Positions 63,459 to 64,000 of a stretch of DNA of 64,000 nucleotides are shown one piece after another. The position numbers and the translations under genes were made by a program. Source of the stretch: a virus; the IMG/VR virus record IMGVR_UViG_3300022699_000302, positions 32,001-96,000 of that record; one strand, written 5' to 3'. Numbering within the stretch: the first letter of the stretch is position 1; every line of letters starts with the position of its first letter. Below the pieces are notes generated by a model. The model was not told the origin of the DNA, made no database searches, and worked only from the letters and a program-made list of their open reading frames with translations.

Positions 63459-63871
63459 TCGATCATGAATTCAAGCAGTTGACTAAAAAGATCACGAAGT
63501 ACCCGAACCGGAAGGTCATGTTCGCTGACGAGCAGAAGATGCTTCTGACCGTGATGGAGTGGCTGTTCCGTAAGCGGCATTCCCCGGCAGACGAGTACGA
63601 GGATGCTCTTTTCAAAAAGGCTATGGAAGCGACGTCTAACGTGGCGAATTTCATGGCATTGAATAATCGCTGGTTCGAGGACCAAATGAACGTGTTCGTC
63701 CAGACCGGGAACATCCCCGCGCATAAGTGGGACGCGATTCAGGATCGGGCGGCGGAGAAAGAAGACTACAGCGATGTACCGTCTATCGCGAAGGATATGG
63801 GGATCTGGGACGCTAGTGGCGAGGCCAACACGAATACTATCTCTGGACAGATGGACGGACACAATGCCTAA
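63455..63871 (+). CDS. Hypothetical protein
   Basis: Coupled to both neighbours. Confidence 0.7.
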   Translation: MIDHEFKQLTKKITKYPNRKVMFADEQKMLLTVMEWLFRKRHSPADEYEDALFKKAMEATSNVANFMALNNRWFEDQMNVFVQTGNIPAHKWDAIQDRAAEKEDYSDVPSIAKDMGIWDASGEANTNTISGQMDGHNA

Positions 63872-64000
63872 AAAACGACCCATGCTAGTTGCTGTAGACT
63901 TCGACGGGACGATCGTTAAACATGCCTTTCCCGAGATTGGTGAGCCTCTCCCCGATGCTTTTAGGGTTCTGAAGAGGATTAACCGTGCTGGTCACCACAT
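63864..64000 (+). CDS. HAD-superfamily hydrolase, N-terminus (3' truncated)
   Basis: MPKKRPMLVAVDFDGTIVKHAFPEIGEPLPDAFRVLK, with HAD motif I DxDGT. Confidence 0.85.
   Translation, partial: MPKKRPMLVAVDFDGTIVKHAFPEIGEPLPDAFRVLKRINRAGHH

Noticed and set aside
1-64000. Stop-codon reassignment
   Set aside because: Long genes (GlnRS, Ro60, hub) are intact in the standard code, and TAA, TAG and TGA all end well-coupled genes.

Overview
This is a 64-kb segment of a large dsDNA bacteriophage genome (jumbo-phage-like, standard genetic code, AGGAGG ribosome-binding sites). No capsid, terminase or polymerase gene lies in the window. It holds a 5'-truncated ThyX and two tail/baseplate/fibre modules (4.7-13.1 kb and 37.1-42.9 kb, the second ending in a patatin). 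There is a Gly/Ala-rich putative virion-protein cluster at 23.3-27.0 kb and long runs of small accessory ORFs, including two paralog families defined by short terminal motifs. Other recognisable genes are a DNA glycosylase, an HNH nuclease, a BCS1-like AAA ATPase, a glutaminyl-tRNA synthetase, a DEDDh exonuclease, a PD-(D/E)xK nuclease and a 3'-truncated HAD hydrolase. The main discovery is a minus-strand RNA locus at 47.9-51.7 kb. In transcription order it has a Ro60/TROVE gene, a 36-nt dual-repeat array, a YrlA-type Y RNA, a promoter, five closed-stem ~100-140 nt ncRNAs, a small Cys-rich ORF, a second YrlA and a 17-unit 36-nt array. The arrays have TIGR-like architecture, but I see no Nop-domain (Tas) gene in the window. 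Three recurrent intergenic motifs were also found: a putative early promoter (GGCCTAAGA), a putative late promoter (TATACTGGT) and a strand-polarised 23-bp palindrome. All family assignments come from motif recognition by eye; no searches were run.
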